Positions 33,906-45,700 of a stretch of DNA of 64,000 nt are shown here, in pieces (within the stretch, counting starts at the first letter, position 1; each line of letters begins with the position of its first letter). The notes beneath the pieces are model-generated. The model was not told where the DNA came from. It ran no database searches and was given only the letters and a program-made list of their open reading frames with translations. Source of the stretch: Auanema rhodensis. Its lineage: Eukaryota > Animalia > Nematoda. The translations under genes were made by a program, and so were the position numbers. Where the stretch lies: contig OZ059897.1 in NCBI GenBank assembly GCA_964057225.1, forward strand, positions 11,346,001-11,410,000. The letters are read 5' to 3'.

Positions 33906-34740
33906 ATGAAGCGTTCCGCTCTTGTTGATGTAGAGAATATTGTACCTTCGACACCGGAACCGGATGTACCACGATCACCCACACCAGGACCCAACTTTGC
34001 TGCCACATTCTTTGGTAAGGTTTTATTTTTGTTATCAATTATTTTTTGTTTAGACACACCAAAAAAGCAGGTACAAATCTCAAAGGATAGCTCTCCACAA
34101 CAGCCTGTAGTTATGAGACCAATATGTCTCTGCAAAACTTGTAGGGATACATTGCAAGTCGTAGACGAGTACCACTGTTTCAGCCTCTGTGTCAAGTGTA
34201 GAGCGAGGAATGATGCCTTAGGGCTTTTAAAAGTTTTCCGTCATTATAAACCTGAAAATTCAACAATCAATGTAGGATTATAAAATTATTAATTCTAATT
34301 ATTATTTTTTCTTTTACAGATGCGTTCTTATTCTAGCATGTCATCAACACAATTGTTGAATAATATGGGTTACATTGCCATTTATACTGATGAGTCAACT
34401 GTCAAGTCTTTTGGTTATAAGCAGAATGTGTTCTACTTTAAATTAAGTCAACAGGCGCTCAACTTGAATATGCTTATCCGTTTTGATCCATCGTTTTGAC
34501 TACAACAAGCACAAACTGTTTAATGGACAGTTGGTTGATTTTGTTGTGTTATATTTAAATTTTCTTAGCCGTAACATTTTTTTTCCAGCTCTTGAAGTTT
34601 GAAATTATTCATCAACAGCCGACTCTCAAACCAACTGGTAAGCATTGAAAATTTAAATATTAATCAGTTTATAATTATAGGTTATATCATTGTCTTGGCT
34701 TTTATGTTTTGCTGGTTTTTTATTGTTACAATATGAACGA
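33906..34740 (+). pseudogene. Intron-containing Maverick accessory gene, Pro/Ser-rich N-terminus and CxxC..CxxC region
   Basis: Short GT-AG segments at about 34015-34053, 34272-34319, 34531-34589 and 34638-34680; stops in later exons. Confidence 0.55.
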
Positions 34741-34795
34741 TTGATCAAATAAATCATTTATTATTAATACAATTGTTTACAACAACAGTGAAAAA

Positions 34796-35863
34796 TTATA
34801 CATTTAAATTTTCTGCATCTATCCATTCATTAAAGTTGTCGGGATAGCCACTCCGTTTCACAAATACTTGGCGTTTACCATTTCGTGTACGCTCTTTCAA
34901 AACTTTCTCAATATAGTACTGGTTGCTTTTATTAGTAGCCAACACAAGTTCAGGCTCATAAAATATTCCCTTTATACGTTCACCATTATAATCTACAAGT
35001 TTATACACGGTTGGGTTCCCGGCTACAATCTCATCAATTGTGAATAGTTCCATTGTATATCCAGACTCGTAACTTTTTTCAAAAGTACGCCTGTTCTTGC
35101 TTATGCGAACATTATCACCAATTTTGAATCGGTTGCGAACAGCTGGTGCATATTCTTCAACGAATATATTTGCTGTAACATCTACGGGGCGCATTTTAAT
35201 CGACCGACTATAAGATTTGTTCATTCCTTCGACCAAGTCATCTAGTATATCAATCCATCGATGATTATTCTTGTAATAGAGATATTTCATCATGCGTGTT
35301 TTTAAAGTTCTATTTGCTCGCTCCACCATTGCAGCCTTTTGTGGTGAACTTGTAGATCCGTGCAGTATGGCAAACTTTTTGAATAGTTTTTCACAATGAT
35401 TATTATAAAACTCTGTGCCATTATCAGTAATCAACTGAATTGGTATAAAATTCTTGAATAAACTTTCAAATGCACTAGCAACCTCTATACCACCTTTAGT
35501 TTTCAAAGGCCTAACATTTAACATGCGTGTATAAACATCAATCATGGTCAACATGTAAGCATAGCCGTCGTTTAATTTTTTATATTTTTGCATATCAACC
35601 AAATCTGCTTGCACTGTTAGAAATCGACCACATCCTCTAGTCTTTCTAGTCTGCATACGCATTCTGGTTGGTTTATGCCGTGTAAAAGTTTCAGAATCTT
35701 GCAAAAAATCATCAACTTGTACCTTTGAAATGCCATGTTTTCGTGCTTGCGATAATAAATTCTTGGCTGATGTATATGAAGCTGGATGTTTTATATCGTA
35801 ATAAATGCTCGCCAAAATATCATTTCCATAATCTAATGTAGAACCTTTTACGACCTTGGCCAT
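34796..35863 (-). CDS. Maverick retroviral-like (rve) integrase with C-terminal chromodomain-like region
   Basis: QADLVDM, IDVYTR, TDNGTEF, VERANRTLK; YYIEKVLKER..VFVK..GYP..FNEWI. Confidence 0.93.
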   Translation of the reverse strand: MAKVVKGSTLDYGNDILASIYYDIKHPASYTSAKNLLSQARKHGISKVQVDDFLQDSETFTRHKPTRMRMQTRKTRGCGRFLTVQADLVDMQKYKKLNDGYAYMLTMIDVYTRMLNVRPLKTKGGIEVASAFESLFKNFIPIQLITDNGTEFYNNHCEKLFKKFAILHGSTSSPQKAAMVERANRTLKTRMMKYLYYKNNHRWIDILDDLVEGMNKSYSRSIKMRPVDVTANIFVEEYAPAVRNRFKIGDNVRISKNRRTFEKSYESGYTMELFTIDEIVAGNPTVYKLVDYNGERIKGIFYEPELVLATNKSNQYYIEKVLKERTRNGKRQVFVKRSGYPDNFNEWIDAENLNV

Positions 35864-36536
35864 TCTGTGAGTCTCCTTCTCGTGGTGTGTAATATGATTC
35901 GGCGGCAGTATCAAAAGTTTTTGACCTTTTACTTTTGAGTGTACGAACCGGTGATGGTGAATATCGAATAACAGCTTTACGATGACGAGGCGTTCTAGGT
36001 AATAGAGTAGAGTCCAAGTCTGTAACAGCCGGTTCAGCTCTAGTTACAACGTCAACTGAATCATTGTCAGCCGACTCTCTTCTAGTTTGTTTCTTGTTAG
36101 AACTAGATACGCCTTTACTGGCTAAAAACTTTGACAAGACTGAAAATCCATTGGACTCCGTTTTTGTTTTATCCAATACAAAATCTAAAATTTTTGTAAT
36201 ATTGGTGTTTGGTACAGCCTCATTATTAATCACAAGTTGGTTATTCTTGTTTGTGCGCACCTCTGGAAATTTCTCCCACAAATTGTTATACTTTCTTGGC
36301 AACTTGTATTCTGGCAATAGAGGTGGATCAGCATTTTCCACTTGTACTGATATGGGCGCATCTATACTTTCTCTATAGTTTTTGAGACGAGCAATCAAGT
36401 CTTCGTATAGTTCAGCCTTTTTATAATCGGGTATAGCTTTATTTTCTCGTAAAAGCTTGAGCTCTGCATCAAACTTGTCCATATTAATTGTTTCCTCGTC
36501 GACAGGAATTAGTCGATATTTATGGTTGAGCTTCAT
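35820..36536 (-). CDS. Maverick conserved hypothetical protein (238 aa)
   Basis: FDAELK..IPDYKKAELYEDL pattern, basic tail and QNGQG; lies between ATPase and integrase. Confidence 0.65.
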   Translation of the reverse strand: MKLNHKYRLIPVDEETINMDKFDAELKLLRENKAIPDYKKAELYEDLIARLKNYRESIDAPISVQVENADPPLLPEYKLPRKYNNLWEKFPEVRTNKNNQLVINNEAVPNTNITKILDFVLDKTKTESNGFSVLSKFLASKGVSSSNKKQTRRESADNDSVDVVTRAEPAVTDLDSTLLPRTPRHRKAVIRYSPSPVRTLKSKRSKTFDTAAESYYTPREGDSQNGQGRKRFYIRLWK

Positions 36537-36841
36537 GATTTAAAACCAAAATAGGCAATACCACATGTAACTATGGTTTTCAATTGTTTGTGTGAAAGCG
36601 TTGCCAATAATGATTTAGCCTTTTCCGGTGTGCGTATCAAAGCTATTTGACGTAATAATGAAGATATGGGCAAGAGGGTTTTATATTCCTTGTTAGTTAA
36701 AAGAAAATTATTATTTTTCACAATATTAAATACAATTTCAACAATAATTTCAATTTGTGCAAAAGAAAATGAGGAAACAGAACAAGGAGTTTCGGCGCAA
36801 GAAGACAAAAAGTTGAAATTTGACAAAATACCACCACTCAT
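36533..36841 (-). CDS. Maverick conserved small hypothetical protein (102 aa)
   Basis: IVEIVFNIVKNN..LRQIA; stop overlaps the next start (ATGA). Confidence 0.6.
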   Translation of the reverse strand: MSGGILSNFNFLSSCAETPCSVSSFSFAQIEIIVEIVFNIVKNNNFLLTNKEYKTLLPISSLLRQIALIRTPEKAKSLLATLSHKQLKTIVTCGIAYFGFKS

Positions 36842-36853
36842 TAAACAAGCACT

Positions 36854-37500
36854 TTAATCACTAAACACATTTCTGGCAACATAAACAATAGGGTTCTCCG
36901 CTGTTATATCAGATAGTATACGCTGCTTCTCACTTGTTAAAGGATGATTGTCAATCAGTAAATGACTATAGGGAGTAGACATTGCATCATCATACGCCTC
37001 TAGAGCATTTTTGAAACGTGGCCCAAATAATTGCTGCAGACAATTACGTATTTCTAAAATATCTGAATGACTTTTCATCAGTATTATATATGTACTATTG
37101 ATTCAACTGGTCCTGTCCAGTTGAAATGCCGCTTGCACAAGATTAAACACTGCCAAATTCCAGTGATGTGCCCACACTGTAAAAATGTTGTTGAGTAATT
37201 CCTTTGCTGCTTTATTCGATGAAAAAAAGTTCATCAAATCATCCAGCACTAGTATAGTATTTACTCCCTTTGTTCTTTTATTAAATCAGGATCAGGAGGC
37301 CCTTGAATAATTATTAAACGCTCATCATTTATTGGTACACCTGACGATGATCCACATTGACTGAACCAGAATATTCTATCAATGGGGACGTTGAAAAACT
37401 TTTCAGTATTTTCGCATATGTGCTTTATGAGGGTTGTTTTACCGTATTGGGTTGCCCCTATTACAGTTGTCTGACTGGGTAGTATGAAGCTGAAAACCAT
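36854..37500 (-). pseudogene. Packaging ATPase (A32/FtsK-like)
   Basis: Walker A GATQYGKT, Walker B ILVLDDLM, AHHWN..VFNLVQ, NSTYIILMK, PYSHLLID; one frameshift and one stop. Confidence 0.9.
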
Positions 37501-38187
37501 AATCAACCACTCGTAAATGTACCTAAAATGCAAATGATTTCATTTGCAATAGTGTACACGTATCAAGTGGTGGTTTGTCATGGATGATTTTTACATTACT
37601 CTTCCATCATCAGTTGACTCTGAAAAAAGTAATACATCATCAGTGTTTCTTACCAGATTACCTGAAACACTAAGGCTACGCAATAACAGATATTGCATTG
37701 GGCTGACAGACATAATTTTTCCGTGTTCGATATAAAATGTACAAGAAAATCTTTCTTATACACTACGTTTTTCCAACAGAAAGTTTATTCTACACTTGCC
37801 CAAAGGTAACTATGCAAATGGTGATGAAATAATACGCGGAATCAATGCTGGAAAAGAACAATTTATTGCTAGCAGCACTAAACCTCTTGGAGCTGAGGAA
37901 GAAGCACGTATAAAGGGTTTGATAGATAAAGATGAAGATGTGAAAAAGTGGTATAATAATCGACAAGCTGAGGCTAAACTTGTCAAGGAAATGCTGGCAG
38001 ACGCCACGTTTCGGTTTAACAAAACACTACAACGCATAGAGTTTTAACAAGTAAGCGTCTATTATTGAATGCAACACTCGGTGATGCTCTCGCATATTTT
38101 CTTGACTTTGAGAATAAAATTATCAACAACACGTTAATAGCCAGGCGCCCCATTGAATTTTCAAATAACATTAATACAATGTATATA

Positions 38188-39447
38188 CAGTCATGTGCAA
38201 AAAACCTCGGACAAAAATATCTTAGAGGCCCCAGAAACCCCTTACAAACTACAACAAAATAAAATTTAGTAAAAAATCAATATTTAAGGCTTATGAAGTA
38301 TCAATTTTTCAGAAAATAGGCATCAATCTACTGAAACTAAACAATCAATTTAACGATTGAAATTTTTTAACTTTGGAAGCATGAATAATTAAAATTAAAA
38401 TGCAAAATTCATTTTTTTATTATTTAGATGGCTAAAGGAAAGAAGACTTGTGAGAAGTAAGAGTTATAATCCGTAACTTGAAAAAAAAGGGCTGACAATT
38501 AGAAAAATCAGCGACCTTCTCAGTATTCCAAAAAGTACTGTGCATCAAGTGTTCAAAGATGATGCTCGACCTTATCCAATACAAGGAGAAATGAGAGGAA
38601 GACCCCGGAAAACCACACAAAGACAGGATGAAATGTTAGTTAAACTTGTTACTAAACATCCAGAACTAACGTCCACCGCTCTGAGTCAACATCTTCTGAA
38701 AATGTGCTCTGTACGGCTACACGCGTCAAACGTGAAAAGAAGACTGATAGCCAGAAATTTAAGAGCCAGGATCCCAGCCCGTAAGCCTCTTATCAGTGTG
38801 AAGAACAGGCTAGCCAGAGTGGAGTTCGCCAACGCACATCTGAATTGGACCTTTGAAGACTGGTCCTCCGTCATTTTTACCGATGAAAGCAAGTTTTGCT
38901 TATTCGGAAATAATGGTCCTGCTATGGTTCGTAGGCCTCCCAATACAAGATACAACCCCAAATACTTACGACCCACAGTCAAGTATGGTGGAGGCACAAT
39001 CATGGTTTGGGGTTGCTTCTGCTCTTCTGAAGTAGGACCACTTTTTCGTGTGGAAGGAAGAATGTGTGCCTCGGATTACCAGGATATCTTAAGAGAATGC
39101 CTTCTTCCCTATGCTATTTCCAAATTTAGGACAAGAAATAGGTTTATTCTACAGCAAGATAATGATCCAAAGCACACGGCCCGTTCAACAATTAGTTTCT
39201 TCAAAGATCAACGCCGGATCTCCTGAAGAATCTGATTTTATCCATGCCTAGAAGACTTCAAGCTGTTATTGATAACTTCAGTTATCCAACTAAATATTAA
39301 TAAAGTGTTTTTTTAACATTTTAGTTGTTTTTATTCATAAGTTTGGTTCCATAGATACTTGAAAATGTGTTTTTTCGAAATTGTAGTTTGTTTTCATTAA
39401 CATAGAAGGGTTACAAAATCTTGTCCGAGGTTTTTTGCACATGACTG
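38188..39447 (+). mobile_element. Tc1 family B, 1260 bp, internally deleted
   Basis: 27-bp TIRs CAGTCATGTGCAAAAAACCTCGGACAA, TA flanks. Confidence 0.95.
38428..39300 (+). pseudogene. Tc1 transposase, decayed
   Basis: FTDESKF and QQDNDPKH present; 5' stops; deletion removes SPDLNPIE. Confidence 0.92.
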
Positions 39448-39703
39448 TATATTGTGATATTGTAGAATATTCCATTCTCGGTAATGTGAAAGCTAATTTA
39501 CTTGCATGTTTACCTGTACCACCTCCCACTGAATTTGGTAAAATGATTGCCAAAACATTTAATCCTATTCGTTATGTACCAATCACTAAGCAAACACTCG
39601 ACACCATAGGTATTGAAATTTTAGATGAATTTGGTCGCCCTATGCAATTTAATTATGGTTCAACAGTTGTTACATTACATGTTAAAAATGTGAAATAAAT
39701 GTT

Positions 39704-40090
39704 TTATTCAACAGTTATACAAGACCACATTACGATTTTCGAAGGTTTAAAAGGTAGTTCAGCGCCGTTTTGTTCGATGCGCGGCTCGTGTAGTGAATAT
39801 TCTCGGTTACTATTATGAAGACGCCGAATATGACGCTGACAATTGAATTTTGTTCCATAAGTTTCACTACAATAAAGGCACAAACGTCTACGAACACCAT
39901 CCAAATGTCCATATTTTTGAATAAAGTCAGCATTGCTGATATAACTGTTACATACGGGTTGAATCCCGTCATGTCTTTTCAATACGTGATCACTAAAATG
40001 CTTGGCTGATGAAAATATTCCCTGGCACGTAACACAAAACTTGTTACAAAAAAGTTCCATTAGAGGAAAATGAAAAACGACCACACACAA
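39704..40090 (-). CDS. Small protein with two C2H2 zinc fingers
   Basis: CVTCQGIFSSAKHFSDHVLKRH and CLYCSETYGTKFNCQRHIRRLH; ATG start probably at about 40060. Confidence 0.75.
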   Translation of the reverse strand: MCVVVFHFPLMELFCNKFCVTCQGIFSSAKHFSDHVLKRHDGIQPVCNSYISNADFIQKYGHLDGVRRRLCLYCSETYGTKFNCQRHIRRLHNSNREYSLHEPRIEQNGAELPFKPSKIVMWSCITVE

Positions 40091-40101
40091 TCAACCCACT
40101 T

Positions 40102-40272
40102 TTATATAATGAGCAATAATATGACTAGTGTTGTACAAAAGCCTAGTCCCAGAGATATTCCTTTAATGAATGGCACTGAAATACGTTTCAAAATCTTTTT
40201 GTACAGGGGTGTTGGCACAGATTGTTCCAACGTGTATCTTATACATAATTCACAGTGACAGGGAATATTCAT
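40102..40272 (-). CDS. 56-aa putative tail-anchored membrane protein
   Basis: Hand translation MNIPCHCELCIRYTLEQSVPTPLYKKILKRISVPFIKGISLGLGFCTTLVILLLII; fills the gap between protease and C2H2 gene on the same strand. Confidence 0.45.
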   Translation of the reverse strand: MNIPCHCELCIRYTLEQSVPTPLYKKILKRISVPFIKGISLGLGFCTTLVILLLII

Positions 40273-40318
40273 AACTGACCACCTAATGTAGCAGGTGACG
40301 TTTTAATGGCGAAGTTGA

Positions 40319-40774
40319 TCATATGCTAGATAATTTATAGTCGAATACTTTATGCATAAACGCTTTAATAAAGACATCATCGTTTTGTAATAGTTTAAAA
40401 AATGAACAATTGCTTTCAAATGTATTACCAGCTGACAACATTAGTATTACAAATATTGCATAACCACCACAAGTGTATTCAATTATGCGTTGTGGTTTGC
40501 AAGTATTAACTTTTACATTTTTATATTTGGCCAGATAATGACGAATGTACTTGTTCATTTTATAACCCAAGCTACAGAAAAAGTAGGCTTGATCATTACG
40601 TACAAAGATGACTTGCCAATGTGTGCCCGGTTTATCGTGTGTGTTAGTATTTACAACAAGTGCAAAGTTCTTTCGACGTGTTTTGGGTAGAGTATCGGCG
40701 CTAAACACACCTAGGAATAGTTTTCGAGTGATGCGGACAGATCGCAATAGTGACGCTATTTCAGACGAATACAT
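40319..40774 (-). CDS. Adenain-like cysteine (maturation) protease
   Basis: FLGVFSAD, VVNT..PGTHW, Q....TCGGY, NDD; intact 151 aa. Confidence 0.9.
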   Translation of the reverse strand: MYSSEIASLLRSVRITRKLFLGVFSADTLPKTRRKNFALVVNTNTHDKPGTHWQVIFVRNDQAYFFCSLGYKMNKYIRHYLAKYKNVKVNTCKPQRIIEYTCGGYAIFVILMLSAGNTFESNCSFFKLLQNDDVFIKAFMHKVFDYKLSSI

Positions 40775-40824
40775 TTAGTAAAATGATCTAGTGTTACTTT
40801 TGTATTGCGCACGTGCGGTTCAAT

Positions 40825-41277
40825 ATGCCACACCTCCTTCTAGACTTGAACTCAATTCAATGGACAACACTTTTGAATTAACAAATGGGTGGGGCGCCAT
40901 TTAGTGGAATGATGTTTCAACGTGGTATGCAGAGAGGTCATGGCCTGGGTGGTATACTGGCAACTTTGGCATCGTTTTTACCTCGCATTATTCAATCACC
41001 TATAGCCCAAAATCTCATCAATGCTGGAAGGAATGCATTATCCAGTGCTGTAAGCAATAGTCCAGTTGTAAATTCACCTCTTGGCGGCCAGTTGCTAAAA
41101 ACTAGCAATGAAATTGTTGATGGGGTGCTCAAGGGCGATAATATCAAGCAAACTCTTAAAACAGCCGGCCGGCAGGCTATACGAGATCTTACCGGTTCGG
41201 GCAAGCGGCGACGACGCAAAACCACAAAACCTCATAAACGTCTGTGCATAACTCGTGAGCGGTCGTATCGTATTTAA
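40825..41277 (+). CDS. Basic core-like virion protein
   Basis: MGGA, QRGHGLGG and TGSGKRRRRK (adenain-type glycine sites). Upstream in-frame ATG at 40825 is followed by a stop that reads CAA in the 31516 copy; open from 40885. Confidence 0.72.
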
Positions 41278-42609
41278 ATGGCTAAATTGATAGATTCAAA
41301 ATCAGCACAAGCACTTTTACCTAATATTAATTATAGTGACATACCGGCGTCGGCATTAGGTGTTGAATCCACTCGTACTGTACAAGTTCCTTTAAAAAAT
41401 ACTTTTCTTCCTCAAGGACCATGGGAATTTGTTATAGCCCAAAATTCCAAATCATTTCTTAATCTGAGAAGGTGTTGGTTGAATGTAAAATTCAAAATTG
41501 TAACCACAAACGGCGATCCAGTACCAGACAACCTTGTTTTTGCACCATGCCAACAGTTTGCAGCCAGTTTGATACACTCGTATCATTTAAAAATTGGTGA
41601 TGTTAGCGTGTATGACTCTACCGTAAATCATGCCTACAAAACATATATTAAGAATATTCTAATGTATAGCAACGATGTTAAAGAGAGCAAACTTGCCATA
41701 TCAGGCTATTATGCGGATAGATATCTAGATAATGCAGCCAGTCCTGGATTTAGAGCGCGACAAGGGCTTGTTAAAAATGGCATATTGTGTGAGATGGCTG
41801 CTCCCATCAGTATCGACTCATTCAATCAGGAACGACTGTTTGTAAACTATTCAAAAATGGAGCTAACTGCATATCCAAACCGTGATAATTTCTTAATTGA
41901 CACACTTGGATGGTATAATGAAAGCAAGGATGCTGCAATGAAGGAGGAGTTTCCAAACCTGAAAATAGATGACAATGTACACTTGCTTATTCAAGAGTTT
42001 GATCTAAACGCTGGATTAGCTATGGCTATAGAAGATAAACTTGTAAAGGAACGAATACACTGCCCCATGACGTCAGTGAAAATGCGCTCTTATTTCATAG
42101 AAGGAGGCCGTTGGGATTCACCCAATAACATATTATTCACGTCGCATACACCGAAACGTGTTGTAGTAGGTCTTGTCGGCGCACACGCCTATAATGGTAC
42201 TTTTAAACATTCGCCATTCAACTTTAAACCGTTTGAATTGAAAAATATAAACTTGACGCTCAACAATCGGGTAACACCTACCCGCCCTTATAACTTAGAA
42301 TGGCGTTCTTCCTATGCCACCGCATATATTGACATGTTGGAGGGTTTGGGTCTTGGTCGTACAGATTCATCCAATGGTATTACACCAGCAATGTATAAAG
42401 CTGGTTTCACATTTTTTGTATTTGATATTTCACCGACTGTACACTCGTCCGAGTTATTTGATGTTATACGACAAGGTAATGTGGCCCTGAAATTGGAATT
42501 TGGTCAACAAACGCCGCAAGAGGGTTTATATGCTATTGTTTATGCAAAATATGACTCTATTCTTTCAATTGACAACAATTGTGCTCCATATATTGATACC
42601 AGTTTGTAA
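41278..42609 (+). CDS. Maverick major capsid protein (double jelly-roll), continuous 443 aa
   Basis: GPWEFVI, HAYKTYI, P.RVVVGLV...AYNG....PFNFKPF, G.TFFVFDISP, IVYA.YD; position next to core, protease and pPolB. Confidence 0.9.
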   Translation: MAKLIDSKSAQALLPNINYSDIPASALGVESTRTVQVPLKNTFLPQGPWEFVIAQNSKSFLNLRRCWLNVKFKIVTTNGDPVPDNLVFAPCQQFAASLIHSYHLKIGDVSVYDSTVNHAYKTYIKNILMYSNDVKESKLAISGYYADRYLDNAASPGFRARQGLVKNGILCEMAAPISIDSFNQERLFVNYSKMELTAYPNRDNFLIDTLGWYNESKDAAMKEEFPNLKIDDNVHLLIQEFDLNAGLAMAIEDKLVKERIHCPMTSVKMRSYFIEGGRWDSPNNILFTSHTPKRVVVGLVGAHAYNGTFKHSPFNFKPFELKNINLTLNNRVTPTRPYNLEWRSSYATAYIDMLEGLGLGRTDSSNGITPAMYKAGFTFFVFDISPTVHSSELFDVIRQGNVALKLEFGQQTPQEGLYAIVYAKYDSILSIDNNCAPYIDTSL

Positions 42610-42747
42610 TGTATGTAATAAACTCTTTAAAACATTTGATGAGAAGAATAAAATTTATTAATACAACTATACATAAAAATCTATAAATACAACCATATAC
42701 AAATATACACGCAATAATAAAATTTATAAATTCAAATATATTAAAAA

Positions 42748-45700
42748 TTATTCACAATAACCATAGGGTAAAGTACTAAAATCGTCTAGATAACAAAGTT
42801 TATCCATTACAACCTTGGTACTTTTTGTCATGTCCATCGTGGATATGGAACCAAGCTGCCTCTTTAATAACGTTTTTTTGGTTTTTAAAACCAACTTTTC
42901 TCCATCCATCACGAGTCCTCGAACCAATCGCTCCATACTTTGATAGTTTACCACGGTGGTTGCCGTGTAGTCCAGCGTCTGTAATTTCAAAAATTTCTCA
43001 ATAATATATTTTTATACTTACCACTCCCTTTGCCTTGGTGATATACTTGACCTGACCAGTTGCATTTACTAGCTCATAACTATAAACTTTTGCAGCTGGT
43101 GAAACAAATTTGGTCATTGACCAACCATCGGGTATTTCTGAGGTTAGTTTACCTAACCATTCACCCTTCATATCCTCAATTGGATCAGGCTGATCGAGGC
43201 ATTTTAAATAAATTAGAGAATCGGTGTCTAAATGATGCACGTTTAAATTGTATACAAAGTATAAAATTACCTGTATACACCAAGTTCTTTCCAATTTTTT
43301 CCATTGTCTTATACAATAGTAGCCTTGCATGAATATCATGAACCATACAAGGTTGATATGAGAGGAAGGGAACGAAAAACAACCCAGGGACAAGACAATA
43401 TGATGGTGAGGCTTGTACAACGACATCCTGACATGACGTCATCCGAGTTAAGCCAGCATATTTTTCGAATGTTCAAGATTCAGCTTCATCCCTCAAACGT
43501 AAGAAGAAGATTGATCGCAAGAAATCTAAAAGCTCGTGTACCAGTTCGTAAGCCTCTCATATCAGTTACGAACAGGCTGAAAAAAATTCAATTTGCTCAG
43601 GAGCATTTGAATTGGTCGTATCAAGATTGGTCGTCAGTCATATTTACCGACGAAAGCAAATTTTGCTTATTTGGTAATGACGGACCAGGATTCATCAGAA
43701 GACCTGTGAACCAGCGGTACAACCCCAAGTTTATGAGGCCAACTGTGAAGCATGGAGGAGGAAACGTCATGGTCTGGGGCTGCTTCTGTTCCACCGAAGT
43801 AGGACCCTTATTTTGAATAGAAGGCAGAATGTGTGCAGAGGATTATCAACACATCCTTCAAGAGAGCTTCCTGCCGTTTGCTATCACCAAGTTTGGAACT
43901 AGGAATAGATTCATTCTCCAGCAAGAAAACGATCCGAAGCACACAGCTCGTTCAACAAATAAATTTTTTGATGAACATCGCCTAAATGTTCTGAAATGGC
44001 CAAGTCAATCGCCAGATCTCAACCCGATCGAACATCTTTGGAGAGAACTTGGTCGACGTGCTGCCAAATTCCCTTGTTCAAACAAGGATGAGAAGTTCAG
44101 AGTCTTACGTACTCTATGGAGAGAAATTTCGCCGGAAATTCTGAAGAAGCTCGTGGAATCGATGCCAAGAAGACTTCAAGCTGTGATCGATAATTTTGGG
44201 TACCCCACAAAATATTAATAAACTTGTTATTTATTTTTTTTAAGTTCATTTTTTGATTCTATAGTGTTTTTCAACACTTCTACTATTTTTTTCGATTTTT
44301 TTGTAGTTTGCTTCAAAAGATACAGGGGTTTCTAGTAGGTGTCCGACTTTCATCGCACATGACTGTACCTATTCAGCTGTAGTTTGGCAATGCTACGCAT
44401 GGCCGCATTCTTTTCAATTTTTTTGCTCTCCAGAGCAACACCAGTGTTTTTCTAGTGCTCTTGGAGATATTTTAGCTGTAAAATGTTATTTAATGCCATA
44501 CTTTTCATGAAACATACCTTTTCAGCCTCTGTCATATTTGGCTTAGGCCAGCCCGATGCTTCTTGCTTAATTTTTATGCACTTTTGTACAAAATCCTTGA
44601 ATAGGCCTCCTTGCTGCCATTCATCCCAGTGCCAAACCTCATAAACATGAAGCACTTTGTAGCCACGAGTCGAGTTTACTTTGTAGCCACGAATCGAGTT
44701 ACAACCTCAGTGTCCTTCATAAAATTTGCCATTTGCTCATTTGATGACATTTGAGCAGTAATTTCGTGTTCCCACACAGTGGTTATACTAATGCCCTGGC
44801 TTTGAATAGCTTCAAGCCTTTTCATGGTTTTTTCATAAACCTAAATGTTTCAGCTTAAAATGATTAAAAAAAAAAGTATTGGTTACCTCTTCCATTGTTT
44901 CACCATTTCTGCCTGGTGCAATAGCAGTCTTGTTGGTGCACTGGGGGCAACCATGATAAATACAGCCGTTAAACTACAAAATTTTTTATTTTTTACATTT
45001 AATACAAATTACTCACCTCATAGCCGTGATTAGCCACACTGTCATAAGCATCAAGTAGATAGCGTTGGCTATCTACTCTCACAACAAATTCACCACCATT
45101 AAGCTTATGCATTAATTTGCGGCCTAATCCTTGTTCTAGCCATTTTATGTACTTTATGGCAATTATACTCTGCTTCTGGCCGGCATAATAACCAGTCTCA
45201 GGCAGAATACCCACTTGATTTTCTTTAATGTGGTTCATCTTCAACTGAAACACAATTGTTTTAAACAATGCTTGCATTTTTGAAAACTTGCCTGGAATAA
45301 AGAAAAACTGGCAAATGTCATGTATTGTATGACAGGATTCCAGCCAGTGGTGGCGGTGGCCAACTTCATGTACACTTTCATACAGTTGGTTAAAACACGG
45401 ACATCTGTCCTACAATATTCCAGAAGCTCCTCATCAAAATCAAACACACTTTGATTACGCTCTTCATACCAAATATTGAATGAAGCTAGGTCTTCTGCTT
45501 TCATTCTAGCAGTACAATAGTACTGTTTTAGTGGTAAAGATGGTAACACTTCGCCATAATTTATTGGATGATTAAAGAGGTATGGGAATTGTCCTTAACT
45601 CATATCAGGTACACCAAATGCCTTGGGTAACGCTGATAAGGGTAAAGGCACTAGTAAATAACTATCTTTAAAACATAAATGATTAATGTTTTGTCCTCTT

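Larger units (their letters stand above)
37580..39698 (+). pseudogene. Minor capsid (penton-like) protein interrupted by Tc1
   Basis: MDDFYITLPS..NT.S.F.TRLPETL.L....IGLTDIIFP; removing the Tc1 and one TA restores MYIYCDIVEYSILGN; C-terminal YVPI..IEILDEFG..F..G..VVTLH. Confidence 0.85.

Noticed and set aside
33680-34195. Minus-strand ORF with VDLLAELDRR repeats as a coiled-coil protein
   Set aside because: It is the antisense reading of a 30-bp minisatellite; splice signals support the plus-strand gene, and the ORF is broken in the second copy.
40769-41280. Poxvirus-like TAAATG late promoter at protease and MCP starts
   Set aside because: Only two instances in AT-rich DNA, one explained by stop/start adjacency; not enough support.
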